A stretch of DNA of 64,000 bases from NCBI GenBank assembly GCA_017499595.2, contig CM039006.1, positions 2,108,001 through 2,172,000 of the forward strand, in the 5' to 3' direction. Shown here piece by piece: positions 50,223 through 63,131 of the stretch. The notes under the pieces are model-generated. The model was not told the origin of the DNA. It saw nothing but the letters and a program-made list of their open reading frames with translations, and did not search any database. The translations under genes were made by a program, and so were the position numbers. Source of the stretch: Psilocybe cubensis (Eukaryota). Each line of letters starts with the position of its first letter. The stretch's first letter is position 1.

Positions 50223-52562
50223 TTACAGGGTAGTCTTTCCAATGACGTCCACCAACTGGGTCTTCGGTATAGCTGCCGGATACGCCCTCCGAGCCAAGCG
50301 AGTTCGTGTCCTCTGCTCATAAGCATATCCAAAGCCAATCAGATCGAAGTCTGAAAAAGCTGTCCCAAGAAATGAAAGGCCGAATGGTACACCAGGTGCG
50401 GGGTACACTGTAGTTGGACCAGCAGGTACGGGAACTACATCGTCCGGTAAGAAGCCCAAAGGTACTATAGTGAATGGTTTGAGCGAATCAAAACCTATGC
50501 AAAGCCAATGAGCGTACCTGTGACTATAGGATAGCCAGCAAGGGCTGGGCAATACAAAGCAAAATTTAATCAACGGGGATGAAGGTAGAAATTAATGATG
50601 TCGAACAAACCTGCAGGCATCAAGGTCCGTCCTCGAGCAGGTGCTACGAGAGCATCTAGGTTGTGAGCTTTCAATGCTGCATCTATACCTCGTGTGGCAC
50701 CCAGTTCTACGTCAAATGCTAGTTGCTTCCAAAACGTTTCATTCCGCCCTTGCGTCGCTTCAGCTTCGTAGAAACTATTAGATGCAGATGAGTTTTACGA
50801 AATAAGGCGTGCAGGTGTTATCCGTACTCGGACTGCGACTCATAGCCTGGTGGCTTCTCGAGCTCAGGATGGGCGTTGTTGAATGCGATCAAGTCAGCCA
50901 CGCTCCTCACTCCTGATGGATTTTCTATGAGGGCCTCGAAGTAGGCGTTCATTTGAATCTATTGATCATGAGCATATGATTTAATTCATGTTTGTAACGT
51001 TTAAAATCTTGAATTATAAGTACCTTGAAATCCACTGCGAAGATGAGGCTATCATTATGAGAATTCATGATTTCTTCTGCTGAAGGTATGTCCGCAGGAT
51101 CTACAATGGTAGCTCCAAGCTCTCTTATTGTGTTGAGTGCCTGTTCAAAAGCAATTGCGATGGATGGATGATTGCCACTGATACTATCATTAAGAAAGAC
51201 GTGGCGAGGTACACCGATTCTCTTTCCCTTGAAAGCATCCTTGTTCAGCGCTTTAGTAAAGTCAGGTACATCTTGCGGCTGTGAAAGTGTGTAATTGTCG
51301 TTGGGGTCTTTGCCCGCGATAACAGAAAGCACAATTGCAGCGTCCGTCATGCTCCTCGTCATAGGACCAACGGTATCTTGGTGCTCTGTGATAGGGATGA
51401 CTGGAACAAAGTTCATTGACAAGCCCAAAGTTTCATTGGAAAGGTGTGTAACATACCTCCTGCCCTTGAAGTCAAACCAAGTGTAGGTTTAATACCGGCC
51501 AGATTGTTGTAACTTGACGGGCATGTGATGCTACCAGCCGTTTCCGTACCCAAAGTAACAGCCGCGAGACCGATAGAGGCGGCGACTCCCGACCCCGAGG
51601 ATGAGCCACAAGGATCGGCGTTGGGGAAGTAGGCGTTTGTGCATTGGCCGCCTATACCAGACCAGCCAGAGGCTAATGCACTTCGGTATCGAGCGAATTC
51701 TGATAGATTTGCCTTGCCTGAAACCAGAATTCAGTATATTAATGGTTTAGCAGTAGGTGTTTCGATACCCAAGATGACAGATCCAGCCTTGCGTAAACGC
51801 TTGACAACGCCAGCATCATCTGGAACGATGGATCCTAGAAGGCTATATGATCCAGCGGTCGTATTCGTGCCTGTTTGCGAAGTCACTCGATTAGTTATTT
51901 CAATCTTGTACTGGGAGTGTACTAAAACAAACCTATAGCAGCTATGTTGTCCTGTTGTCGCAAAATCAATATATCCCAAACAGATATATCGTTTCACCGT
52001 TTACGCACCTTTAGCAACATTGGTATGCCATGCATCAAAGACCTCTTTCCTGATTTCTTCCTCTCCTCATCAAGCCTCGCTGCTTCTGTTAATGCAGATG
52101 GGTTGATTTCGATAACTGCCCGAAGTGTTGGTCCCTTGAGATTAACTTCCTCAATACGAGCGAAATAGGCCTGGTGAAAATCCAATATAAGCACATATCG
52201 CCAACTGACAATTAGAAACTCGCTAACTTTTACTAAATCCACGCTGGTGAAGTGCCCAGCATCCATCCCAGCTTGAAGCTCGAGGACAGTTGCCTCATAG
52301 AGGTCGGGTAGATTTAATTTTCTTCCAGTAATAGGACCTCTATGAAGCGCGAAGGCAAGGCAGGCATAGGCTATAATGACTAGCAGTGCCAGTGATCTGA
52401 GGACTGGAGATTTAGATACTAAGTAGTCCCAGAAGTGTTTCTTGTGAGCCTGGAAGAAAAGTCAGTACTTCAATTATAACCGGGCTAGAGCGAACGTGCC
52501 CTGGCATTGACAGTCACTGCAATGGGATCAATAGTCGACACGTTCTTCAGACGAGTCGGCAT
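50223..52562 (-). CDS. Amidase-signature family enzyme, multi-exon
   Basis: LHGIP-like MHGIPMLLK|DNIA, GKANLSEF, DPCGSSSGSG, GTETAGSITCPS, GIKPTLG, QDTVGPMTRS, PFGLSFLG and LIGFGYAYEQ. Hydrophobic N-terminal segment. Confidence 0.95.
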
Positions 52563-52934
52563 TAGGACCAGAGGGTCAGAGGGTTGAAAAACAAAGAGAA
52601 GAAAAATAAAGATCTAGTCAACAAGTGGGTCAGTTACTAGAGTTGGTATGTAGCTCTATGCGTAGACACTGCTGCGCATTTGTTGCATTTTGTCGATGGA
52701 ACTGCATGGATGTTGAACAGATGAATAATCGAATGCCCCTGAACCCTGTGAAATAATGTAAGCACGTGAATAGAATGATACGCGTCGCGATTTCGGATGC
52801 GCTAACGCGCCCCACGCGTACTTCTCGCTCGCAGTCCTGCAATAATTGCGGTTGTGATTGAATTTTTAATACATTTATTGTGTACGGCATTTATAGTTGG
52901 GACGCGTGTGTGGACTTTGATTGAGAGCATTTGG

Positions 52935-54950
52935 AAGAAAAGAAAAATATAAAAAGGGAAGAAAAGATTAAGAAAAGAAAGAAAAGAATAAAAAAAAAGA
53001 AGACAAGATTTTAAAAAAGGAAGAAAAGAAATTAAAACAGAAAGAAAAGAAAGAAAAAAGAAAGAAAAAAAAGAAAGAAAAGAGTAAAAAAAAGAAAAGA
53101 ATAAAAAAAAAGAAGAAAAGATTTTAAAAAAAGGAAGAAAAGAATAGAAAACGAAATTTAAAAAAGGAATTTATAGACAAAGGGGGAAAGAGCAAACAAA
53201 AGGAAAGAAAAGAAGGAAGGATTATGGGAATGATTGAGAAGAGAGACAGGATGGTGATTGAGTGTAGCTTGATTAAAGAAGTGGAAATGAGACGATGAGA
53301 GTAACAAGGGTGATAGGATCATGGTTAAAGTGAAAGGGAAAAAAGATGGGTGTCAGGGTCACGATTGAGAATGTTGGAAGTGAAGTTAAATGCAAGCAGA
53401 AATGAAGGGAAATAATCGAGAAAGAATTGAGATGAAGAGATAAATAAGGGTGATGGATCATGTGAAGAAGACGATTGTTGGTTTATATGAGTGATTCAGA
53501 GTAGCCGGGGGAAACCTCAAGAAAAGATTTTAAAAAAAGGAAGAAAAGATTAAAAACGAAAAAAGTGATTAAAAAAAGGGAAGAAAAGAATAGAAAAGGA
53601 AATTGAAAATTAAAAAGGGATTTAACGAAGGGGTCCAAAAGACCAAATATGAAAGGAAAGGAAAGAAGGAAGGATTATGGGAATGATTGAGAAGAAAAAA
53701 AGGATGTTGATTGAGTGTAGCTTGGGGAGAACCTCCAACAGCTCAAGAGCCTAGACAGACAAAACCACCTGTGATGAAGACACCCGGAGCAAAACCACCA
53801 GCATGCGCATGAAGGCGGTCTCACGAAGGAGCCAGAGGCACAGGCAGCCGTCCACCAAAGGCCCGAGAGGCGTCGAAGCAGACAGCCAGCGGTACCAAGG
53901 AGTCAAGACGGGATACTGCTCAAGCGTACGCAAGAGACAGGTACCCTGACTGAGACCGAGGTGGCGTGGAGTCCGCCAAAGCAAGAAGCAGGGAGACAGA
54001 CTCCGCCATCGATGCGCGGGGCATCAATAGTAGTGTCCGTCAATGCAACAAGCCTCGAGGTCTTGGAAGTGGAGAGCATAATGCGGAGTGTGTAAGAGAA
54101 GGTCAAGAAAAAGAAAAGATGGCTGTTGGGGTGAATTGATTAAAAAAGGGAAATTGAGATGACGAGAGTGACAAGGTTGTCAGGATCATGGTTAAAGTCG
54201 AAAGAAAAAAAGATGGGTGTCAAGATCATAATTGAGGTTGTTGGAAGTGAAGTTGAATGCACGCGGAAATGAAGGTAAATAATGGAGAAAGAAATGAGCT
54301 GAAGAGACAAATAAAGGTGGCGGATTATGTGAAGATGACGATTGTTGGTTTATATGAGTGATTCAGAGTAGCCGGGGGAAACCTCCAACAGCTCAAGAGC
54401 CTAGACAGACAAAACCACCTGTGATGAAGACACCCGGAGCAAAACCGCCAGCATGCGCATGAAGGCAGTCTCACAAAGGAGCCAGAGGCACAGGCAGCCG
54501 TCCACCAAAGGCTCAAAGAGGTGTCGAAGCAGACAGCCAGCGGTACCACGGAGTCAAGACGGGATACTGCTCAAGCGTACGCAAGAGACAGGTACCCTGA
54601 CTGAGACCGAGGCGGCATGGAGTCCGCCAAAGCAAGAAGCTGGGAGACAGACTCCGCCATCGATGCGCGGGGCATCAATAGTAGTGTCCGTCAATGCAAC
54701 AAGCCTCGAGGTCTTGGAAGTGGAGAGCATTATGTGGTTGTTGAGTTGGATATGGGTAGATATGAAAGAGGTGGACTGTGTTGATGTTGAATAAGGGGTT
54801 TAGGGGAAGAAAAAAAGAATCAAGGCGAGGTTCAGAAAAAGTTGAGAAAAGGCGAGGTTAAGAAAAGGCGAATTTGAGGAAAGGCGAGTTTAAAAAGGGC
54901 GAGGTTGACAGATTTGAAAAGGCGATGAGGAGGAATAACGGCGAGGCCGA
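52935..54950. repeat. Purine-rich low-complexity tract with interleaved direct duplications
   Basis: A/G tract 52935-53220. Duplicated blocks 53118-53271/53524-53724, 53271-53519/54139-54386 and 53724-54079/54374-54730. AAAAGGCGAGGTT minisatellite 54822-54947. Confidence 0.85.
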
Positions 54951-55761
54951 GGAAAACCAGACAAAAGAAAAAATAAAGCAGAGCTTGAATACGTTCAGAC
55001 CTATAATAGACATTGATTAGTCGATAAATTACCTACGAGAGCGACACTCACAACAATTGAGACTAGGCGATATAGCGATGTGTTGTGGTCAGGCTCAGTT
55101 GCAACCGGTCGGAGGTAATTTGGCCAGCCCGCCTTCTGAAATATTGTTGGGCGATGTCGTTACTGTGACAGCACCCAGACCACACACGCGGGGGCGATGT
55201 GAAGCTTGAGCTTAAGGTCTCTTATCATCACCCCGCCTTGTGGAATGGTGTGCCAACCTAGTCGTGGAATGTACAGCATAACAAATCAAAGCACAGCGAC
55301 GAACAAAACCACATACCACTATCAAAACCATCTGTACTGAGCAGTGATTGTAGTAGACGAGAGTCAAGTTGTGGGGGGCACCCAAACGAGCAATGCACGG
55401 TTTATATACCACACCGTCGATCGTTGGGCGGCATGCAATGCCGCACTTTCGGTGGTTGTAGTGAGATAGTGTGATGTCATTGTCAGCCGCATCAGGTGCA
55501 AGTAGGCGCCAGCCACTAGTCGCCAGATGTAATGTTTGCTGGACTGATCTTCTGGAAATGTTTTTAACTTGCCTGGATATTGGTAAAATCCTGAGCTATT
55601 AGGGGGACTAGCAGTATACCTGGGCTTTGATATGCAGACAACGCTGAATTCACGTTAATTTTTAATTGTAGGTCAAATTGGCTTTGAATGTAGCAAAGCG
55701 GCGTCAATCCTAGTCGATACAAAATGAGTAATTGAAGTCCTTCAAGTTGCATAGATAACAG

Positions 55762-58700
55762 TCAGTGTACATAAACAGGAAATAAAGGGACCCATGCAGG
55801 ATTGGATTTGCCATCTCCCTCATTGTCATCATCGTCATCGTCGAAATCATAATAACCCGAGTCGTCCGAGTCGTAGTCAACGGAAGCATCTGTCTCCAAA
55901 GGGACCCAGGCAGATACTTCAATTTTCTCTAGGGCTATATCTTGCTTCATATGCAGAATCTGATTCTTGCACTCGGTAATCTCACCAACTGCTCCCAGCC
56001 GTTGAAAAAGGGACATTGCCGTTTGCATATGTTGTACAGCGCGTTCGGTTCCATGCATCCGTTGCCAGAGGATATAACCAAGGAGAGCATTGTCTTTGGC
56101 CATACCGTATATTGACTCCGCTGCGCTGTGTAGCTCCAGAGCATGACGTACGAATTTTTCAGCATCCGTAAGTCGTCCTTGCGCAAGAAAGAGGGATGCC
56201 TGGATGAGCAAATCATCCCCTTGCCCTCGTCTGTCGCCGATCTGGATATGAAGAGCTAGAGCCTCCGCGCTCAGCGTCATGGCATCTTCAATATTTCCCC
56301 TAGACAGCAATGCCTCGCATATCTTGTTCAAGTCGTCGGCGTGGCCCTGGACATTCCCTACTCTTTGATGAAGAGTGATTGCGTCACCCAAGGCGACAAC
56401 TGCGTTTCCAAATTGACCTCGGCGAAGGAATAGTAAACCTTGAGTGTACAAACAATACGCCTCACCGAGTGTGTGTCCTGCATCGGTAAACTCCTCTGCT
56501 GACGCATCAAGGATCTCCTTTGCCTCTGAAAAATTCAAGAGTCGGATGTTGGTGATAGCGAGGAGGATGTTGATGTCAGCTTCTACGAGGCTGTTGTTGG
56601 GTATAGCCAAAGCCTGTTCTGCAAGGGCCTGTGCGTCCGAGCAACTCCCCTGGTCAAATTCAATATAACCAAGATAGAGCAGGTTGGCGGCCTGTCCACG
56701 GGTGTTTCCAATATCCTTTTGGATAGAAAGAGAGCGTTCGAGCGCAGCTTTGGCTTCTTTATATCTATCCATTGCAATGAAAATTCTGCCTAGAATGTGG
56801 AGATGCTCTGGGTCTTCGAACGGTTGCCGGAGTGCTAAAGCTCGCTCAATGGTCTCGAGGGCTTCTGGAAAGCGAGATCGAAGGAGTAACGTAGTTGCAA
56901 GTCCCCCAAGATTTTCTGCCTCCCCAACGATATCTCCTAAGTTCTGGCACAGATTGATTGCGTTTTTGAAGTACTTGGCCGCGGGTTCAAAAGCAGATAC
57001 CGACACGAGTGTCGCTCCCAGCCCGTTCATTGCGGCCGCTTGACCATGGAGATCATCCAATTCCTTGAAGATCTGGGCTGCAAGTTCAAATTGGTCCTCT
57101 GCTTCTTCGAATTGGCAAAGATCTTGGTAGACGTGACCTAAACCTAATAAATCGTATGCCTTTCCAGTAGCATCTCCTAGGTTATTGTGGAGGTTGAGAG
57201 CTTCTTTGACAGTGTCCAAAGCTTGTGGAAGAGTGTCAAAATTCCGCGAATATATGAGGCCGATATTGAGCAGGTCGTACGCATGTGCACTTTGGTCTCC
57301 GGATTGAATGTGCAATTCCTTCGCTAGCTCAAATTTTTCTCGAGCCTGATCAAACTGAGACTGACGATTAAGGATTTGGCCAAAACAGCCCAGGCAATCG
57401 GCACGGAGTTGCAGCGCAGTGGCTATTTGCACAACGGATGCCCCTGTGTCCTTAGATATGACGGATGGAATGGGTTTCGCGACTTTGGATTGGCCAAAAC
57501 CGACGAATGATCGCTGCCACACTTTCTTGGGTTTTGGTGCTGCTAAAACAGCTGGCTCGGCCGATATTGTCGCTGGCTTGACATTCTCCAATTTCTCAAT
57601 GGCGAGAGAGAGATATTGCGTCGTTCCGTACCCGGCAACATAAGTGAAATGGCAAAAGTTGATCACAGCCTCCACAACGCGAAACAAGTTCTCTTTCGAG
57701 TCATTCAGCATGTACATCAAGACTGCGCTGATGTTGTTCACTTCGCGTTGCAGCTGAGATCGAGTAGGTGGGTCTTGATATTGGGTTCCCTTCAGTGCCA
57801 GATTAATAAAATGCTCGTGGATGAAAGACCGACACTTGTTCGACGGCGGGTGCCGTGCGCACATCAAGAGTCGGATGGGGCTTAAGATCCGTAGGTCTTT
57901 ATTTGCATCCTCGTAGATGAGAGCATTCTGGCGAAGCGTAGATATGGCTTTTTTGACCGACTGAACCTCTGGTAAATTATTCTCGCATGCAAGAAGGGTG
58001 GCCGGAGATACACCATCTGGCAGAAGTGAAAGCGTGCTGAGTAAGTGAGAAGCACTGGGATCCTTTTGCATACGCGGGCCATTCAAAGAGAGCCGAATCG
58101 ATGCCTCCAAGCTGCTTAACCTGTCCTGACCATTTTCTACCATCGAAGTCCGTTCTGCCTCCCAGCGAGCCCACAATGCTTCCGTTGTCTCTCCGTCAAC
58201 GGCAGCCAAATTCGCAAGAAGAGTGACGGCCAATGGGACACAATCAACTGCACGAACAAGATCAACGGCATATTTGTCATTCTTATGGGAGATATCTGTG
58301 AAGATGGAAATAGCTGATTCGAGATCGACGGGCAGAAGAGGGGGAATAACGTTGGTCCATCGCGTACCAGCAGGTTGTTGAGAGCCTCGCATCGTTACTA
58401 GAAGGGTGACCGTCGGGAGAGCAGATATGTCGCTGAGGACACCCTCTACTTGAGAACGGGTGTGTAAGGGATCCCATGCAGTCTCAAAGTTATCAATGAC
58501 AAGCAAGCAGTCCGTTTTCCTGAGATGAGCAAGTATCGCTTCTAGCAGGCTGACTTTGAGTTCCTCCACTGCAAGCCGCAGGGAGCTCGCAAGTTGGTTT
58601 AGCAATAGTTCGACAGAGGAGGCGGCTTCACAGCTCACAAAGTATCGCTTTTCTTGATACTGCCGTACCACCAGTTCGTGGTGAACAACAGAGAGCGCTA

Positions 58701-59800
58701 GCGTTGTCTTCCCAATCCCGCCTGGTCCCAGAATGCATAGCTTAGGGGGAGAAACGGTGGCTTGCGATACATCTGCACTGCCCTGAAGCGAGGTAATGAT
58801 CAAATCGATCTCTTTTGTCCGACCGTAGAAAATTTGAGGTTTTGATCGCAATCCCAGAGTTAGACTTGCACTCGCGGCGGGAGATAGAGTTGGTATTTCC
58901 TACCAAGCTGAGTTTCGAAAGTAGCGTAGGCTCACAAAAAGTACTCACTTTGATCTTGGATTCAACCCTCTCTTTTCCAGAACGATTGATGATGGCACAT
59001 TTAAGCTTCAAATAAAGTCAGACTATAGGAAATGACCCAGGGGACGCAGCACTGACTTGAAACGCAGTAATTGTAGTATCTAAATTTCGGTCTTGCTCGG
59101 CCAACATGGATGCTATTTCATTCCGATACACCAGGCGACTAATAAGCGATGCTTGGTTCGGGCCTGTCATTTCTTGAAGGACGCCGTGGATAGATTCAAG
59201 GACTCTAAAAATTGATTCATTAGGAGTATGGCAAGTTGATATAATGAGACTGACGCTGCAAGATCTTCCAGATCGTGCTTGAGTCCAATGGCGGTCTGTT
59301 CATCTAGTCCCAACAGCGCATCGAATACGACTTTGGCATAGATCATCACTTTTGCTATAAGCTGTTTGCTTCTATCTTTGTTGGATTCAATTTCCTACAT
59401 AAAGTGAAAATATTAGTCAAACGGAATAATAGAGATAGAAATAGTATACTACATCAGATATCTTGATAATCTGCTCGATAAGACCAGTTATAACGCTCAC
59501 GTACGGTACCTGCTCAAATAGGCTTAAAACATCCACAGCCATACTTGCCACAGTTTGTGCGGTAGCCTTTTCTTGGACATAAGTTGGTTTGAAATAAGTC
59601 TTGTTCGTGATTGTCCTCTTTTCCAACGACTCCTTCTTTTCATTGGAAGACGACTGGGTTTGTGAACGGTTATCGGATGGTAGATCGGATGCCGTCTGGG
59701 TAGTTTTATTTGCTGTAGAGTCAATTGAAGCTCTAGATCGTCCGTAGAGTATAATAGCACTATGAGGCGCTCGCCTCGCAGTATTGACTGTTCTGCCCAT
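55762..59800 (-). CDS. Fungal NLR: MLKL-like/HeLo-type helical N-terminus, STAND (NB-ARC-like) NTPase, TPR repeats
   Basis: KPQIFYGRTKE, Walker A ILGPGGIGKTTLA, Walker B LLVIDNFET, LLVTMRG, VDCVPLAVTLLA and ~40-aa TPR-like repeats. Four upstream exons join in frame. The exact 3' end is uncertain. Confidence 0.92.
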
Positions 59801-60382
59801 TAAGACTGTAATTGATGGTATGCTTTCACAGATGTAAAGGCGGTGGAATGGCAAAATGGTAAAACAGATGCAGAGGGAAAAAGATCAACTTATATGATGG
59901 CAATCATGGCCGCTATGTTTTGAGCTGGTTTTGACACCCAAATACGCGCCTTAACCAGCCATAACCTACTACGCGGTCAATCGGTGAGCGATCGTGGCAA
60001 CGGCAATTTGCGATGTTGATACAGTTCGAACTTCGGATCAAGCTGATAAGTCGGGCAAGAATCGAATGCGATATCTATCTCTCGGACGTTGCTGGTGATA
60101 ATTTTTGGGCGTAGAAACGAAGTAGAGAAGGAGGACGATATATACATGAATTAGGAGTACTATCTGTGCTCCGAATTGAAGAAGATGCGCTTTCCGACTC
60201 GTTCCTGCCGAAACGGTCACAGTCACGCATTCCACGCTGAACAGAGGCACGTGGACGTTAATACCATATGACGTATGACAGCAGATGCTCCCACGCCTTT
60301 AAACCGCAGGATCGAGCGCGCCGCAGTCGTAGACTCTCCTTTCTAACCACTACTTCCACACCCTCAGTCACCTTTCCTCACT

Positions 60383-60854
60383 ATGGTTAGATCCTCAGAC
60401 GTTCTCCTTATCTTGGTAAGAGCTATGTCGCGGTAATCCTTTGACAGGAGTGTTATTGAACTGCTCTTCTGAACAGGTAGCCATTCTTTTCCCCCCAGCA
60501 GCTGCGGCAATTGTTACAGGATGCAGCTGTGATTTGCTCATCAACATCCTATTGACCATGTATATTGATGCATTCTCTCATGACTCATGTCTTTCTCATT
60601 GCGTTTTACAGCCTTGGATACATTCCTGGTCATATTCACGCTTTCTGGCTTATCTACAAGAAGATGCAGGCTGAAGAGCGTTACGGCAATGGCGGTTTCG
60701 TATGTGAGTAATGTCTCATACCACCTGTTTGTCATTCACAATTGTTAATGATATCTGTTTGCCTCTTCAAGATGTCGGAAATGGTCAATATCAACCATTG
60801 TATCAGAACAACGGCCCCGCCCAAGCGCCCTATTATGGGGCGACCGGTCAGTAG
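60383..60854 (+). CDS. PMP3: PMP3/UPF0057 plasma-membrane proteolipid, 4 exons
   Basis: Spliced MVRSSDVLLIL|VAILFPPAAAAIVTGCSCDLLINILLT|ILGYIPGHIHAFWLIYKK... Confidence 0.9.
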
Positions 60855-61784
60855 GACGTCGACCCCTCTTACCCATCCAATCTCATGGATAAATACCCAG
60901 TCGGAGAAGGCGAGAAGAAGTTTTAATCACCTCATTTCCATGTGCTCATATTGCTGTACACATTTTCTTGAATCTCCGAATTCTTTGTGAAATTTAATCG
61001 TTTCCGTGTTGCATCTGAGTTTTAAAAGACAACGTACTCATGTGGGCTTCTATATCGCCTCCGAGGTTGAAAGGGGCTCTCTCTGGCTCTCTTTGATTCT
61101 CAAACGAACAACAAATGTCGTTTGAATGATGGAAAACGGTTTATCTCCCATCAAACCGCTAAATATAGCCCAGGCTGATTTTCGTAATTTCGAGACAGGA
61201 ACCGTGACATGACTGGAAGATTCTACAATTTCCTTGACAGTAGAGCAGAGATTGTTTATTCTCTTCTTGTCACTATTAAGTAACTGTATAGATGAGCGTG
61301 GTGTGATCTCTGTACAATAACAGTGTCAGCGGTCATCAATGACTTCATACCTTACACCTTCGATGTGTCACTGCTGGATTCTTTTCTTTCGCCGTCCATT
61401 ATTTGATAGTATGCCGACGTGCTTCTCTCTCCGGTGAGCATAAATAATTTGGAAAATTTGTCCACCTAATAGATACGCTTATCATTACCATAAATTCCGT
61501 GTCGTCCAAAGTACGATGCTGCTAGGCCTAATGACGTCTCATTGTGAACCAAGTATGGAGGGATTTTTTGCATTTTAATATATGGATTGCGGACCTTCGA
61601 GAGATAATCCTTTATGGCCTACTTACATGGAATGCCGAAGCGGCGAATGGTTGTGCACTACAGCGCGTACACTACTGACGTCGGATATGATGTATTTTTA
61701 TGGTTTGTATACAACTCGGAAGGTTATAAGAAGTCCAGTGCCCTCAAGCCTTGAGAATCCAAAAGACTCTTGAAATTTGTTGCA

Positions 61785-62917
61785 ATGTCCGCCCACTACA
61801 CTGCTACAAATATCCCAGGACTTCCAGGTTCATCAAACACATTATCCTTGGTGTATAACATCTCCAACAAAGCCCCTGGTCTGGAGACGCCTCCAGAAGA
61901 TGAAGCAGATCAACCTCATTATGTACCAGGGGCGACATCTCTCATATCCACAGCGTTCTTTTCAGGCTCTCATAACTCAATCTCAGACGTCGTATTTCGT
62001 TCTTCAGATGGCGTAATGTTCTATGTAGGAACTGACGACATTTTGCACAAGTCGGGCAATGCTTTCGAACCTTTCCTAGGCTCCTCATTGAGCGAAGAAA
62101 GGTTCAAAATCAGAAACGGTGCTATAATCGACATACCAGAGTCATCCGCCGTCCTCGACGTAATATTGCACACGCTGTACCATATTTCATGCGCCAGACA
62201 TGCTCCTACAATTGACGACATCGAAGAAGCTGTATATCGTATGCCTGTCTACGGGATTGACCCCAAAGCACACATTGTCCCCGCCAACCCGTTATTCGAC
62301 CTACTCCTGTCGAAAGCTCCCTTGTATCCATTGCGCATATACACCTTAGCCGGCCATTTTCGTGCCCACGAGCTGGCGCTAAAAACCTCATCCCATCTTC
62401 TGTCATATAACCTTGCAAACTTGACGGATGAGATTTCGATTCGCATGGGACCCATTTATCTCAACAAGCTCATGGCGCTACACCTGAATACGGTTGATTC
62501 GTTGAAAAAAATTATTCTGCAACCTCCCGACCCTCATGGGAGGAGCAACCTCTGTGGCTCCGATGAGCAAAAGGCGCTGGCGAGGGCGTGGGCTCTTTCG
62601 GCGTCATATCTGGCGTGGGACTCCAATCCGGGTGAGTTGGCTCGTAATGCGCGCGTCCCTAATTTTCGGCATCGGTGCCACTATTCTAATTTTCTGACCG
62701 TCGTTTTTTTTCGAATGGAGAAGATGTCTCGATAAACAAGATACAGTCCACTTTTGAAGCTTTGGGGGATCATTTAACTTGTGCCGACTGCGAAATGGCG
62801 TTGCAAAAACGAATTAAAGAGGTTATAGTTCAGTGGGCCAAGGTTAAGGTAGGTCGTTTTCCATCATATAAAAATCATAAACACTTGTTTACTTTCATTT
62901 GACAGAGGACAATTTAA
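61785..62917 (+). CDS. BTB/POZ-domain protein (agaricomycete-expanded type)
   Basis: SDVVFRSSDGVMFYV, IDIPESSAVLDVILHTLY, P+RIYTLA, MGPIYL.KL and W...S.YLAW; downstream exons encode LTC..C...L..RI..V...W. Confidence 0.85.
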
Positions 62918-63131
62918 CGTAGAATTTCGATTTATGGCGTGAAAAAATAAAGGGAAAACTGGTCTTGACCAGTACTATTACACTTCAGATAGCGATAGGC
63001 CTCTGAGGTAGGTGTTCGTAGTATACGGGTTGTTCGATGGGTCTCGATTGTTTCATAGATTATAATTCGAAAATACATGTCGTCTATATACATTGTAGTA
63101 TTTTGTAAAAAAACGGATACTTGATATCAAA

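Noticed and set aside
34597-55464. Giant CACTA element bounded by CACTACA...TGTAGTG
   Set aside because: Only 7 bp of inverted match, no 3-bp target-site duplication and no transposase.
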